NCBI GenBank assembly: GCA_034530875.2
Contig: JAVRCJ020000002.1
Location: forward strand, 32,001 to 96,000
Origin: Nostoc sp. DedSLP01
GTDB taxonomy: Bacteria > Cyanobacteriota > Cyanobacteriia > Cyanobacteriales > Nostocaceae
Direction of reading: 5' to 3'
DNA length: 64,000 nt
Position numbers and translations under genes: made by a program. The notes under the pieces are model-generated. The model saw only the letters and a list, made by a program, of their open reading frames with translations, ran no database searches and was not told the DNA's origin. Of the stretch, positions 49,236 through 58,770 are shown piece by piece. Within the stretch, counting starts at the first letter, position 1. The number at the start of each line of letters is the position of its first letter.

Positions 49236-51119
49236 CTAAGTTTCTAACATCTGCAAGTTATGTAAGGTGGCATAAAGTCCACCTTGTTGTAGTAATTGTT
49301 CGTGGCTTCCTTGTTCGATTAATTCGCCGCGCTTCAAAACAAAAATCCGGTCTACATTACGAATTGTAGATAAACGGTGAGCAATAATAATCGCGGTGCG
49401 TCTGAACAAAAGCTGGTCTAATGCTTGTTGAATTAAAGCTTCTGTCCCAACATCTAAACTAGCGGTGGCTTCATCTAATACTAAAATTTGCGGATCGCGA
49501 ATAGCAGCACGAGCAAAGGCTAAAAGTTGCTTTTGCCCGCTAGAAATATTTGTGCCTCTTTCTCGAAGTTGAGTATCGTAGCTTTGGGGTAACTCTTCTA
49601 TAAACTGGGCAATGTTGGTTTTTTCTGCTGCCTGTTGAATTTGTTCGATTGTATAACCATCTCCTAAAGAAATGTTGCTTTTAACATCACCAGCAAATAC
49701 AAAACCGTCTTGTAAAATTACTGCCATGTAACGCCGCAGTTCTGCTTGTGGCACTTCTCTAATATCTATACCATCTATGAGAATGCGTCCTTGGGTGGGT
49801 TCGTAAAGACGACATAAAAGGCGAATGATAGAAGTTTTACCCGCACCTGTGGGGCCGACTAATGCAATTTTTTCACCAGGATGAATGGTGAAATCTAAGT
49901 CTTTAATTACATAATCATCGTTTTTATAAGCAAACCAAACGTGTTCAAAACGGATTTCTCCGAGTTCAGGCGGTGACTCGATATCTGGAGATTCTAAATT
50001 TGCAACTATCTCGTCTATATAGCCGAATTTAGCATCAAGAATTGAGTAGCGTACATTAGCCCGATCGCGGATTTCTATCGGTTCGTCTAATACATCGCTG
50101 ACGCGTTCAATGGCAGTAAAACCAGCTTGAATTACGGTAAATTTTTCGGCAAAATTTCTTAATGGATCGAATAATCGTTGGGCATATAAAACAAATGCCG
50201 ATAAAGTTCCAAAAGTTAAAGCTTTATTTAAAAGCATCAAACCACCCAACCATAAAACACCTGCGATCGCCACTAATCCAATCCATTCCAAAGTGGCAGA
50301 AACAGCTGCATCATAAAAGATATTTCTATCTACTTGTTGAGTGTAGCGGGTGTTAGTGGCACGAAATAACTCCGCATTAAATTTTTCTCTGCGGAACAAC
50401 TGCACTACGTTAATGCCAACGACATTTTCTTGCAGTTGTGAATTTAGTATCGAAAGTTCTTCCCGCCCTTTGTAATTGGCTTTGCGATACTGTTTCTGTA
50501 AGTAAACTATTATCCAGGTAATCGGCAACAGCATCAATATTAACAAGCAAGCAAGTTGCCATTGAAGAGAAAGCATTAAAGCCACAATCACCAGCATGGA
50601 AAACAAATCGGAGATGATGCCGATCGCTCCAGTAGAAAAGACATCGCCTAATACTTCTACATCACTAGTGATTCTGGTAATTAATTTCCCTACGGGTGTC
50701 CGATCGAAAAAACGTACCGCTAGAGATGTGACGTGGTGGAATAAATCTTGGCGAATTGCTGTGGTGATTTGTTGCCCTAGTTTCTGTACGAGATAACCCT
50801 GATAGCCTGTCAATACCAATCGAATGGCGATCGCAATTAGCAATAACCCTTCTAAGATATTTAGCGATTGGGAGAATGGACGATTCCTCAAGAATTCGTA
50901 AATACTCGGTTCCTTGCGAATCAGGGAAATAATTTGTCCAATTAACAGCGGTTGTACGGCATTACCGATGGCGATGGGTACGAGTAGCAACATCGACAGT
51001 GCCAATAGTCCGCTATTGCGACGGGCATAAGGCACTAAACGCAGAAACAACCGCCAGTCATTTTCACCCCGACCGTGTTGTGTGTATGATTTTTTTTTGA
51101 GAGATTGGTAGATGCTCAT
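49236..51119 (-). CDS. ABC exporter, fused TMD-NBD (MsbA/MdlB-like)
   Basis: GPTGAGKT, ISSGQKQ, LVLDEATA, IAHRLST; multi-TM N-terminal domain. Confidence 0.95.
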   Translation of the reverse strand: MSIYQSLKKKSYTQHGRGENDWRLFLRLVPYARRNSGLLALSMLLLVPIAIGNAVQPLLIGQIISLIRKEPSIYEFLRNRPFSQSLNILEGLLLIAIAIRLVLTGYQGYLVQKLGQQITTAIRQDLFHHVTSLAVRFFDRTPVGKLITRITSDVEVLGDVFSTGAIGIISDLFSMLVIVALMLSLQWQLACLLILMLLPITWIIVYLQKQYRKANYKGREELSILNSQLQENVVGINVVQLFRREKFNAELFRATNTRYTQQVDRNIFYDAAVSATLEWIGLVAIAGVLWLGGLMLLNKALTFGTLSAFVLYAQRLFDPLRNFAEKFTVIQAGFTAIERVSDVLDEPIEIRDRANVRYSILDAKFGYIDEIVANLESPDIESPPELGEIRFEHVWFAYKNDDYVIKDLDFTIHPGEKIALVGPTGAGKTSIIRLLCRLYEPTQGRILIDGIDIREVPQAELRRYMAVILQDGFVFAGDVKSNISLGDGYTIEQIQQAAEKTNIAQFIEELPQSYDTQLRERGTNISSGQKQLLAFARAAIRDPQILVLDEATASLDVGTEALIQQALDQLLFRRTAIIIAHRLSTIRNVDRIFVLKRGELIEQGSHEQLLQQGGLYATLHNLQMLET

Positions 51120-51597
51120 AATAAGAGCATTATATTCATGTTTGCTAAAAAGACACTTTATTAAAACTTGTCACTTCGATCGCGTAGCCAAACACTATAC
51201 CAATATTTACTGATTTATTTTCACTGGTTTACAGAACTTTAAAGAATTTATATCTGACCGAAAATTATAGCAATTTTCATTTGAATGAGGTAAACGCTAG
51301 GGGCGCACAACTGTACGCCCCACGAATTATATGTACTCCGCAGAATTACAAACTGCCATATATCAAGGCGGTTATATAGCAAGCTGCTCATACGTATTTT
51401 GACTCAATAATCGCTGGAGTATTTGTAAGAATTGCTGCATAAGTATGCTTTGAAGTATGAAACAATACCATACTTCTCCCTTTACGTCTTATATCTAAAG
51501 GTAGAAGATAAAGGTTAACTCAAATTTGGGAAACCTAAGAGAAGTTCATTCCCAAGACATATCTCGCTTATTTATCGCAGAGTGCAACTGAGGTCAG

Positions 51598-52626
51598 ATG
51601 ACGCAATCTTTATCTTTAAATCCAGTCAAAGAGTGGGAACAACGCCGCAATGAAGCCAACCGTTATTACCAACGGGGAAAATTTCAAGAGTATCTCGACC
51701 TTGTGACTAAGAATTTACAGCTAGCAAGAGCGATTCCAGACCGAGTTAGGGAAGGCCACACATTGAACGATCTTGGTTTAGCTTATTTGAGTTGCTGGCA
51801 AACTCAAACGGCATTAGACCGTTTTCACCAAGCGCTGTCTGTTGCTATTGAAATCGGTAACGCGCCCGCACAAGCAACTGCAATGAGCAATCTAGGTTCT
51901 ACCTACAGCCGTCTTGGACGCTTTTCGCAAGCGTTGGAGTACTTTAACAAAGCCCTTCCCATATTTAGGGAATTGCAAGACGCTCAAGGAGAAGTTTCTA
52001 CTCTCAATGATGTAGCTCTCATCTATACCCGATTAGGAGAACCGAAACGCGCATTGTTGCTACAAAACCAAATTTTGACAATGCGTCGATTGCTAGGCGA
52101 CTTTTCCGGTGAAGCAACAACTCTAAATGGTATTGGGTTTGCCTACAATGTTTTAGGCAAGTTCGAGCAAGCTCTAGAATTTTTTCAAGCAGCACTGCCG
52201 ATTCAACGAGCTGTGAAGAATTTAACTGGTGAAGCAACTACCTTGAATAATATTGCCTCAGTTTATAGCGATTTAGGGCAACCCAAACACGCACTGTTGC
52301 TTTATTATCAAGTTCTTTTGACACGTCGAGCGATTGGCGATCGCTCAGGCGAAGCAACAACCCTGCACAACATTGGTTTTACTCACAGCATCCTCGCCCA
52401 GCATCGCCAAGCAATGAAGTATTACAAACAAGCCATTGTTATTTACGAAGACTTGGGCGATTCTCTCGGAGAAATTTCCACTTTGTTGAATATGGGAAGC
52501 CTTTACGTCACAACCAAGCGTAAAAAAATGGCGCGATTGTGCTACCAAAATGCCCAAGAGTTAGCTGAGAAAATCGAACATCAGCCACTCTTAGAAAAGA
52601 TAGAGCAGTTTATGGATTCTCTGTAA
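51598..52626 (+). CDS. Tetratricopeptide repeat protein
   Basis: Repeated 40-aa units GEATTLNxIGxxYxxLG. Confidence 0.92.
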   Translation: MTQSLSLNPVKEWEQRRNEANRYYQRGKFQEYLDLVTKNLQLARAIPDRVREGHTLNDLGLAYLSCWQTQTALDRFHQALSVAIEIGNAPAQATAMSNLGSTYSRLGRFSQALEYFNKALPIFRELQDAQGEVSTLNDVALIYTRLGEPKRALLLQNQILTMRRLLGDFSGEATTLNGIGFAYNVLGKFEQALEFFQAALPIQRAVKNLTGEATTLNNIASVYSDLGQPKHALLLYYQVLLTRRAIGDRSGEATTLHNIGFTHSILAQHRQAMKYYKQAIVIYEDLGDSLGEISTLLNMGSLYVTTKRKKMARLCYQNAQELAEKIEHQPLLEKIEQFMDSL

Positions 52627-52783
52627 AGGAATCGGGTAGGGAGCAGAGGGGCAGGGGGAGAGATGTGGAAGTGTGGGGAGTGTGGGGGAAAGATTTCTTC
52701 CCCATCCTCCCACACCTCCCACACCTCCCACACTTCCCTGTTTGCCCAATGCCCAGTATTGCTACTTAATCGTTAAAATACTG

Positions 52784-53653
52784 ATGGAAAACCCAGCGGG
52801 ATCTATCGTGTCTAATAGCAATACCAAGGTTTGGTTGATTACTGGTAGTTCTAGCGGCTTTGGGCGTAATTTAGCTCAAGCAGTACTGAAAAAAGGCGAT
52901 CGCTTAATTGCCACTGCCCGAAAACCCGAGCAACTTCAAGATTTAGTCGATCGATACCCAAATACAGCAAAGGCAGTTTCTTTAGATGTTACCAATCCTG
53001 CCCAAGTAAAAGCGGCAGTCGATGAAGCACTTAAGGCTTTTGGACAAATTGACGTACTGGTTAACAATGCTGGGTATGGTTTGATTGGGGCACTGGAAGA
53101 GGTCAGCGACGAACAAATTCGACGTAATTTTGATACTAACCTTTTCGGTGCAATTAACACTATCCGGGCAGTTTTACCAATTATGAGACAGCAAAAAAGT
53201 GGGCATATTATCAATATGTCTGCAATTGCTGGATTCTCCAATGAATTAGGTTTTTCCATCTACGGTGGTGCTAAATTCGCCTTGGAAGGAGTATCGGAAG
53301 CGGTACATGGCGAAGTAGCACCTCTGGGTATTAAAGTGACAATTGTCGAGCCTGGCCCTTTCCGTACTGATTTTATTGGGCGATCGCTTGACCGCGCTGC
53401 CAATAGTATGGACGCCTACAAACCAACTGTGGGAAAATTCTTAGAGTTCCTAGAAAAAATTGAAGGCACTCAACCTGGCGATCCAGAAAAAGCAGCTGAG
53501 GCATTAATTAAAGTTGTGGAATCAGATAACCCACCGTTACGCCTGGTGCTAGGTAAGTACGCTTACAAAAAGTTCCGCGATAAAATTACCTCCTTGAGTG
53601 CTGAGTTAGATGCATGGGAAGCAGTTGCAGCAAATACTGATTTTGAAAATTAG
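52784..53653 (+). CDS. Short-chain dehydrogenase/reductase
   Basis: TGSSSGFG, NNAGYG, YGGAK, VEPGPFRT; the ORF-track N-terminal extension is translated STRR. Confidence 0.93.
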   Translation: MENPAGSIVSNSNTKVWLITGSSSGFGRNLAQAVLKKGDRLIATARKPEQLQDLVDRYPNTAKAVSLDVTNPAQVKAAVDEALKAFGQIDVLVNNAGYGLIGALEEVSDEQIRRNFDTNLFGAINTIRAVLPIMRQQKSGHIINMSAIAGFSNELGFSIYGGAKFALEGVSEAVHGEVAPLGIKVTIVEPGPFRTDFIGRSLDRAANSMDAYKPTVGKFLEFLEKIEGTQPGDPEKAAEALIKVVESDNPPLRLVLGKYAYKKFRDKITSLSAELDAWEAVAANTDFEN

Positions 53654-53779
53654 AAATTAGGCTAATGAATGGGGAAAGGGAAAGATTAAATTTATTCCTT
53701 TTCCCTTTAACCTTTTTCCCTGCCTCCCCTGCCTCTCTCATCTACCCCTTATCTCCCCATTCCCCACTCCCTATTCCCA

Positions 53780-54796
53780 ATGAAAGTTTACGAAATCCAA
53801 AGCAATGCCGGCATCGATGCCCTGACATTAGTCGATCGCCCAGAACCAAAACCCGCAGCAGGGCAAGTGTTGGTTCAAGTCAAGGCAACATCTCTCAATT
53901 ACCGCGATTTGCTTGTGGTTGAAGGAGCCTACGGTGCTGGACAGCAATATCCGTTAATTCCCATGTCTGACGGTGCGGGAGAAGTTGTGGCGGTGGGCGA
54001 AGGTGTGACGCGAGTGAAAGTAGGCGATCGCGTCGCTGCTACTTTCTTCCAAGACTGGATTTATGGCTCTTTAACTAGAGAAAAAATGAAATCCGATCTC
54101 GGAGGCGGTATCGATGGAATGTTAGCAGAGTATGTTGTCTTACACCAAGATGGGCTAGTAATTTTACCAGACCATTTATCTTACGCTGAAGGTGCAACTT
54201 TGCCTTGTGCGGCAGTCACAGCTTGGCACGCGTTGGTAACAAAAGGGAATATTAGCTCGGGCGACACTGTTTTATTGCTCGGTACTGGTGGGGTTTCGAT
54301 TTTTGCTCTTCAGTTTGCCAAGCTACGGGGTGCAAAGGCGATCGCTACTTCTAGCAGCGATGAAAAATTGGCACGAGTCAAACAGCTTGGTGCTGATGAA
54401 ACAATCAATTACAAAACAACACCAGATTGGGAAAAGCAAGTTTACCAATTAACTAATCGCACAGGTGTAGATCGTGTAATTGAGGTAGGCGGTGCAGGAA
54501 CTTTACCAAAATCACTACAAGCAGTCCGGATTGGCGGACATGTTAGTTTGATTGGCGTATTATCGGGTAGAGGAAATGAAATTGACCCCATGCCAATCCT
54601 TTTTAAAAGTTTAACAGTTCAGGGAATTTATGTTGGCAGCCGGGAAATGTTTGAGGCAATGAATCAGACAATACAACAGCATCAAATCAAACCGATTATC
54701 GATAGAGTTTTTCCATTTAATGAAGCACGAGAAGCATATAATTACCTCAAAAGTGCTGCTCACTTTGGTAAAGTTGTTATTAGCATCAATTCATAA
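53780..54796 (+). CDS. Zinc-type alcohol dehydrogenase-like (MDR/quinone oxidoreductase) protein
   Basis: SLNYRD, PMSDGAG, LPCAAVTAW, GTGGVS, HFGKVVI. Confidence 0.92.
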   Translation: MKVYEIQSNAGIDALTLVDRPEPKPAAGQVLVQVKATSLNYRDLLVVEGAYGAGQQYPLIPMSDGAGEVVAVGEGVTRVKVGDRVAATFFQDWIYGSLTREKMKSDLGGGIDGMLAEYVVLHQDGLVILPDHLSYAEGATLPCAAVTAWHALVTKGNISSGDTVLLLGTGGVSIFALQFAKLRGAKAIATSSSDEKLARVKQLGADETINYKTTPDWEKQVYQLTNRTGVDRVIEVGGAGTLPKSLQAVRIGGHVSLIGVLSGRGNEIDPMPILFKSLTVQGIYVGSREMFEAMNQTIQQHQIKPIIDRVFPFNEAREAYNYLKSAAHFGKVVISINS

Positions 54797-54949
54797 AATA
54801 ACATCGATGTAAATTGCAGCAAGAGTTAAGATATAGTAGCTTTCAACTTAGTTAAGTACGCCATTTAAATATCAAAGCTAGCTACATAACTGACTCTTAT
54901 TTTGAATTCTGCTGTAAAATACTTTGGAATTTCAGAGGTTGCATAATTT

Positions 54950-55666
54950 ATGAATCTCGTCAAAGTATATGCTCTAACAGCTTTATTTTCAGCCTTGACA
55001 TTTGGTCAAGCAACTCGCGCTGGTGCCGCTAGTCCGCCACCAATTGATATACAAGTCAAGCAATTAGCACAGTGGTTTACTGGTTTGTTCGATAATTCCG
55101 AGCAAGCGGCAAACAGTAAACCTCCTGTCCCCTTGATTACTCTGTCAAGTTGTAGTGTGGAATTTACTAATGGAAACTCTCTAAACGGAACAGAGAATAT
55201 TTATCTCGAACAACCAAGTATTAATCGCTTCCGTCTTTATTCTTTTAGCCAACAGAATTCAGGAGTAAATCTCAGCATTCGCGCTCTTAATACTGACTAT
55301 TCTGTTACTGGGTTATGCAATCGACCTGAGTCAGAACAAACTCTTGACTTGAGCAAAATTTCAGCCATAACCTGCAACTTAGAAATTTTTTGGAATGCTG
55401 GTGACTACATTGGAAATAACTCTCCTAATGGCTGTCCCACAAATTCTGGTGGTAAGGTGATTTCTAGTGTAATTGTCTCGGAAAATCGCATCTACTCTAC
55501 AGATGAGATTTTTGCGCCTAATGGTAATTTAGTTTTTGGTACGCCGATTGATTTTCGCCGAGTTCCTTCTATTCCCGAACCATCATTCACATTAGGAATA
55601 GTAGCTTTAGGCGTGTGGGGTACAAGAAAAATAATTTTAGGCAAACAGAAATCAACAGTTAAATAA
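54950..55666 (+). CDS. Exported CpcT/CpeT-like protein with PEP-CTERM sorting signal
   Basis: Signal peptide; WFTGLFDNSEQA, IYLEQ, RFRLYSF, GCP, D..F...G..VFG..IDFRR; tail IPEPS-TM-basic. Confidence 0.72.
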   Translation: MNLVKVYALTALFSALTFGQATRAGAASPPPIDIQVKQLAQWFTGLFDNSEQAANSKPPVPLITLSSCSVEFTNGNSLNGTENIYLEQPSINRFRLYSFSQQNSGVNLSIRALNTDYSVTGLCNRPESEQTLDLSKISAITCNLEIFWNAGDYIGNNSPNGCPTNSGGKVISSVIVSENRIYSTDEIFAPNGNLVFGTPIDFRRVPSIPEPSFTLGIVALGVWGTRKIILGKQKSTVK

Positions 55667-55783
55667 GAATATTTTTGAATCGCTAATGATTAGAATTCAG
55701 AACTCATACTCTGAATTCCAAATTATTTTAATCTAGCGTCTCTTATTTAAGGCTTACTTAAAAAACCTCTTTAATTTTTATTC

Positions 55784-57460
55784 CTATGGAACTTCAGATC
55801 GGCGGCTTCCGCCAATCTGAATTTTGTCTGTGCTATCTGTGTTGTCTGTGGTTGTTTTTTTGTTATCTGTACCTAAGTCAAGTTTTTGTAACTTCCGATC
55901 TTTTTGGATTTGATTATCAGTTGGTGAATCTTGCTTCTCCAATGTTGGTACTTCTACAGCAGAAGAATCTGGAGGTCTGAATCCCCGTGGCAGTGTTTCT
56001 GGTGGTGTAACTACAGAATTTGCAGGAGTTACAGGTTGAAGAGGAGCAGAATTTTGATTAGAAGTTGGTGGGTTATTATCTGGTAATTTTGCAGGGGAAG
56101 CATCACGTGCTGATTTGATAGCCCGGAGTTTTTCGAGTATCGAGGGTGTGGGGGAAACGATAGGGGCAGGTGTGGATTGTTCGGAACGATCGCGTTGTAA
56201 TTCTCTTCCAGGACTGTTGGTAGATTCTTCGACAGCAGGACGGTTACGCCGACGCTGCCTGAAATTGGACACAGGTGCAGATTCGGTTTTTGAGGTGGCG
56301 TTAGTTTCTGAATTAGATGAAGATGTACGGCTGGAGTTGGGTACTTTCGCGGCTGGTTCTTGAGTAGGCTGTTGAAAAAGTGGCTTGGAAGTTGGTTGCG
56401 GCTGAGATTTCGGTAATATGTTAGTGATACCAAAACCTGCTGTAGCAGCAACTACAGCGACACCAATACCAAGAAGTATTTGCGATGACTGTTGTTTGTT
56501 AGCGCGTGGAGTTTTCTTGACGTTGGCGATCGCCTTGCCCTCAGGCATCGCATTTTTACCAGCTTTGCCCATCAGAGTTTCTCCCTGTTGGGCAGATAAG
56601 TTAATAGTTTGCACTGCGGAAGTAGGTAAAACTTGGGGCGTAACATTCACTCCGCTTCCCGGTAGCAATTGCAGCCACTCGGCAACAGTCGCCGGACGAA
56701 AACGAGATTCGACTGCCATACCGCGCATTACTGCTTGGTTGACAGCAGCAGTCAAATGTGGTTGTAGTTCGCGGGGGGATGGCATTTGCTCGCGATCGCG
56801 CAATAATGCTGGCATGGGAACTTGAGCTGTTAGCAGTGCATACAAGGTTGCTGCTAAACCATAAACATCAGTGGCGGGCGTGCGCGGTGCTTGGCTGAGG
56901 TACTGCTCAATGGGAGAATAACCCTCAGACACCAAACCCGTATGAGTCTGCCTAACGCTGCCATTAAATTCCCTGGCAATGCCAAAATCAATTAATATGA
57001 CTTCCTGAGTTCCTTGGCGGAGAATAATATTATCTGGTTTGATATCTCGGTGCAGTAAACCGTTGCTGTGTACTACCTGCAAGGCTGCGCCGATTTGCTT
57101 GATGTAATGAATTGCTGTGGCTTCCGGCAGAGGTATTCCTGGTAACACGAAGGCGTTACCTAAAGTTTCGCCAGGAATGTACTCCATCACCATATAAGGC
57201 AACCCATCTTCCACAAAAAAGTCACTAACTCGGACTATATTTGGGTGAATACAAGTAGCTAATCGTCTGGCTTCATCTTGGAATTGGCGCTCAAACTTGG
57301 CAAAATCAGGATGTTGTCGCAGCCGTTCGTTGATGGTTTTCATCACCACCTCCTGCCCCAAGTAGTGATGTTTAGCTTTGAACGTAATGCCAAAGCCACC
57401 ACGCCCTATTTCTTGAATTAGGGTATATTTTCCACCTTGTAAAATTGTGCCTGCTAACAT
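55784..57460 (-). CDS. Membrane Ser/Thr protein kinase with low-complexity C-terminus
   Basis: IGRGGFGITF, HRDIKPDN, DFGIARE, GYSPIEQY; TM ILLGIGVAVVAATAGFGI. Confidence 0.93.
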   Translation of the reverse strand: MLAGTILQGGKYTLIQEIGRGGFGITFKAKHHYLGQEVVMKTINERLRQHPDFAKFERQFQDEARRLATCIHPNIVRVSDFFVEDGLPYMVMEYIPGETLGNAFVLPGIPLPEATAIHYIKQIGAALQVVHSNGLLHRDIKPDNIILRQGTQEVILIDFGIAREFNGSVRQTHTGLVSEGYSPIEQYLSQAPRTPATDVYGLAATLYALLTAQVPMPALLRDREQMPSPRELQPHLTAAVNQAVMRGMAVESRFRPATVAEWLQLLPGSGVNVTPQVLPTSAVQTINLSAQQGETLMGKAGKNAMPEGKAIANVKKTPRANKQQSSQILLGIGVAVVAATAGFGITNILPKSQPQPTSKPLFQQPTQEPAAKVPNSSRTSSSNSETNATSKTESAPVSNFRQRRRNRPAVEESTNSPGRELQRDRSEQSTPAPIVSPTPSILEKLRAIKSARDASPAKLPDNNPPTSNQNSAPLQPVTPANSVVTPPETLPRGFRPPDSSAVEVPTLEKQDSPTDNQIQKDRKLQKLDLGTDNKKTTTDNTDSTDKIQIGGSRRSEVP

Positions 57461-57836
57461 AGAGAGTCCTGATTCTTGAGTGAGCAGATAACTAGCGAGT
57501 CCTGAATCTTGAGGGATTGCTCAAAAATTTTCCCATATTTTTGAGATGGTAAGGTTTTTACTTGGCTATCTATGGGATAATTTAGTTTTTTAAGTTCCCT
57601 CAGTGGGAAAACCTCCCCAGCGATCGCAACAGTTTTACCTTTTTCAGATGATAGCGCGAGAGTCAACAAATCCTGAACTAGGGAACATACTCAAGCTGCC
57701 TTCTACCTCCGTGATGTTAGGGATGAATTTTGACTTGACAGAGTGCTTGCTAATCAGGGACTCGGCTTGAGAACAGGAATTTTAAATCATAAAAAAGATG
57801 ACGGGTAAGATTTACTTTATAAATGGTTTCTAAATT

Positions 57837-58274
57837 TTAACCTAGAGATTGTAGATACAGTAGTAATGTTTCTGTCGTCCAAGTGGCACAACCACAGCCA
57901 AAAAAATCATAGTCTTGTGTCCAAATTGCTGCTTCTAAATGAAGTGCTAAAGCAACTGTCTGCCAATCATTTTGATCTCTGGGAATTCGACTTCTAGCTT
58001 TAGTTTCTAAACCTTCATACGTTTCTAATTTAAATACTCTCAAATACGTTTGCAGTACATCGAATCCAGAGTCCAGTAATTCATTTCCCGTTGACTCATT
58101 TAATCGACCATTCGATATCATGCGAACGATACGTTGTTGTAATTCATATTTAGTTTCATCTATAATCTGCTCTGTAACGCACAGTAATAGTCTGGAATCT
58201 CCAATCAGCGCTCTTCCTCTGTGTCGCAATAATTCTGCTACTAAAACATTGGTATCAACTACTAATCGCATCAT
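57837..58274 (-). CDS. PIN-domain toxin (VapC-like)
   Basis: LVVDTNVL, E, RDQNDW, IWTQDYDF. Confidence 0.88.
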   Translation of the reverse strand: MMRLVVDTNVLVAELLRHRGRALIGDSRLLLCVTEQIIDETKYELQQRIVRMISNGRLNESTGNELLDSGFDVLQTYLRVFKLETYEGLETKARSRIPRDQNDWQTVALALHLEAAIWTQDYDFFGCGCATWTTETLLLYLQSLG

Positions 58275-58590
58275 TAGGAAATGGTTTAATTAGCTCAAAC
58301 ATCCCAGTCAGTTCAGCTTCGGTCATACCAGTTTCAGCGAGTACTTGCTCAACAGCTTTTGCAAAGCGTTCCATAACCTGCCTTTTTTTTTCCGAATCTT
58401 TACCAAATGAATTATCTAATACTTCCAAAGTTTTTTCTCTATTTGTTAATTGCTGCGGTACTGGAGAAACTTGAGCAATATTTTCATCTAGAATTTGCTT
58501 GAGGACAAGTTTTTCATCTAGCTGTAATGCTTTGATAGCTTCAAGCAGTACCGAAAAAGGAATTTGCAATTTTACGATCGCTTGTTCCAT
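58255..58590 (-). CDS. Putative antitoxin upstream of the PIN toxin
   Basis: Overlaps the PIN start; VKLQIPFSVLLEAIKALQLDEK, GMTEAEL. Confidence 0.65.
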   Translation of the reverse strand: MEQAIVKLQIPFSVLLEAIKALQLDEKLVLKQILDENIAQVSPVPQQLTNREKTLEVLDNSFGKDSEKKRQVMERFAKAVEQVLAETGMTEAELTGMFELIKPFPNDAISS

Positions 58591-58770
58591 TTTTCACCCT
58601 ATCCTAACTATTAGAATTATGAACCAGCGTCAACTTGACACTTTGACATTCATCTTACACCCCTACAATAAAGCACTCAGAGGAATTTTAACAATAAAGA
58701 ATTCAGGAGTCGGTTGTCAGAATTAGTGAATTCAGAATTTTTCTTTTGAATGTTCTGAATGCTCATTTTT

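Noticed and set aside
52673..52783. N-terminal extension of the SDR in the ORF track, and ORF 53665-53922
   Set aside because: Translations of intergenic repeats (PPTPPTPPT etc.).
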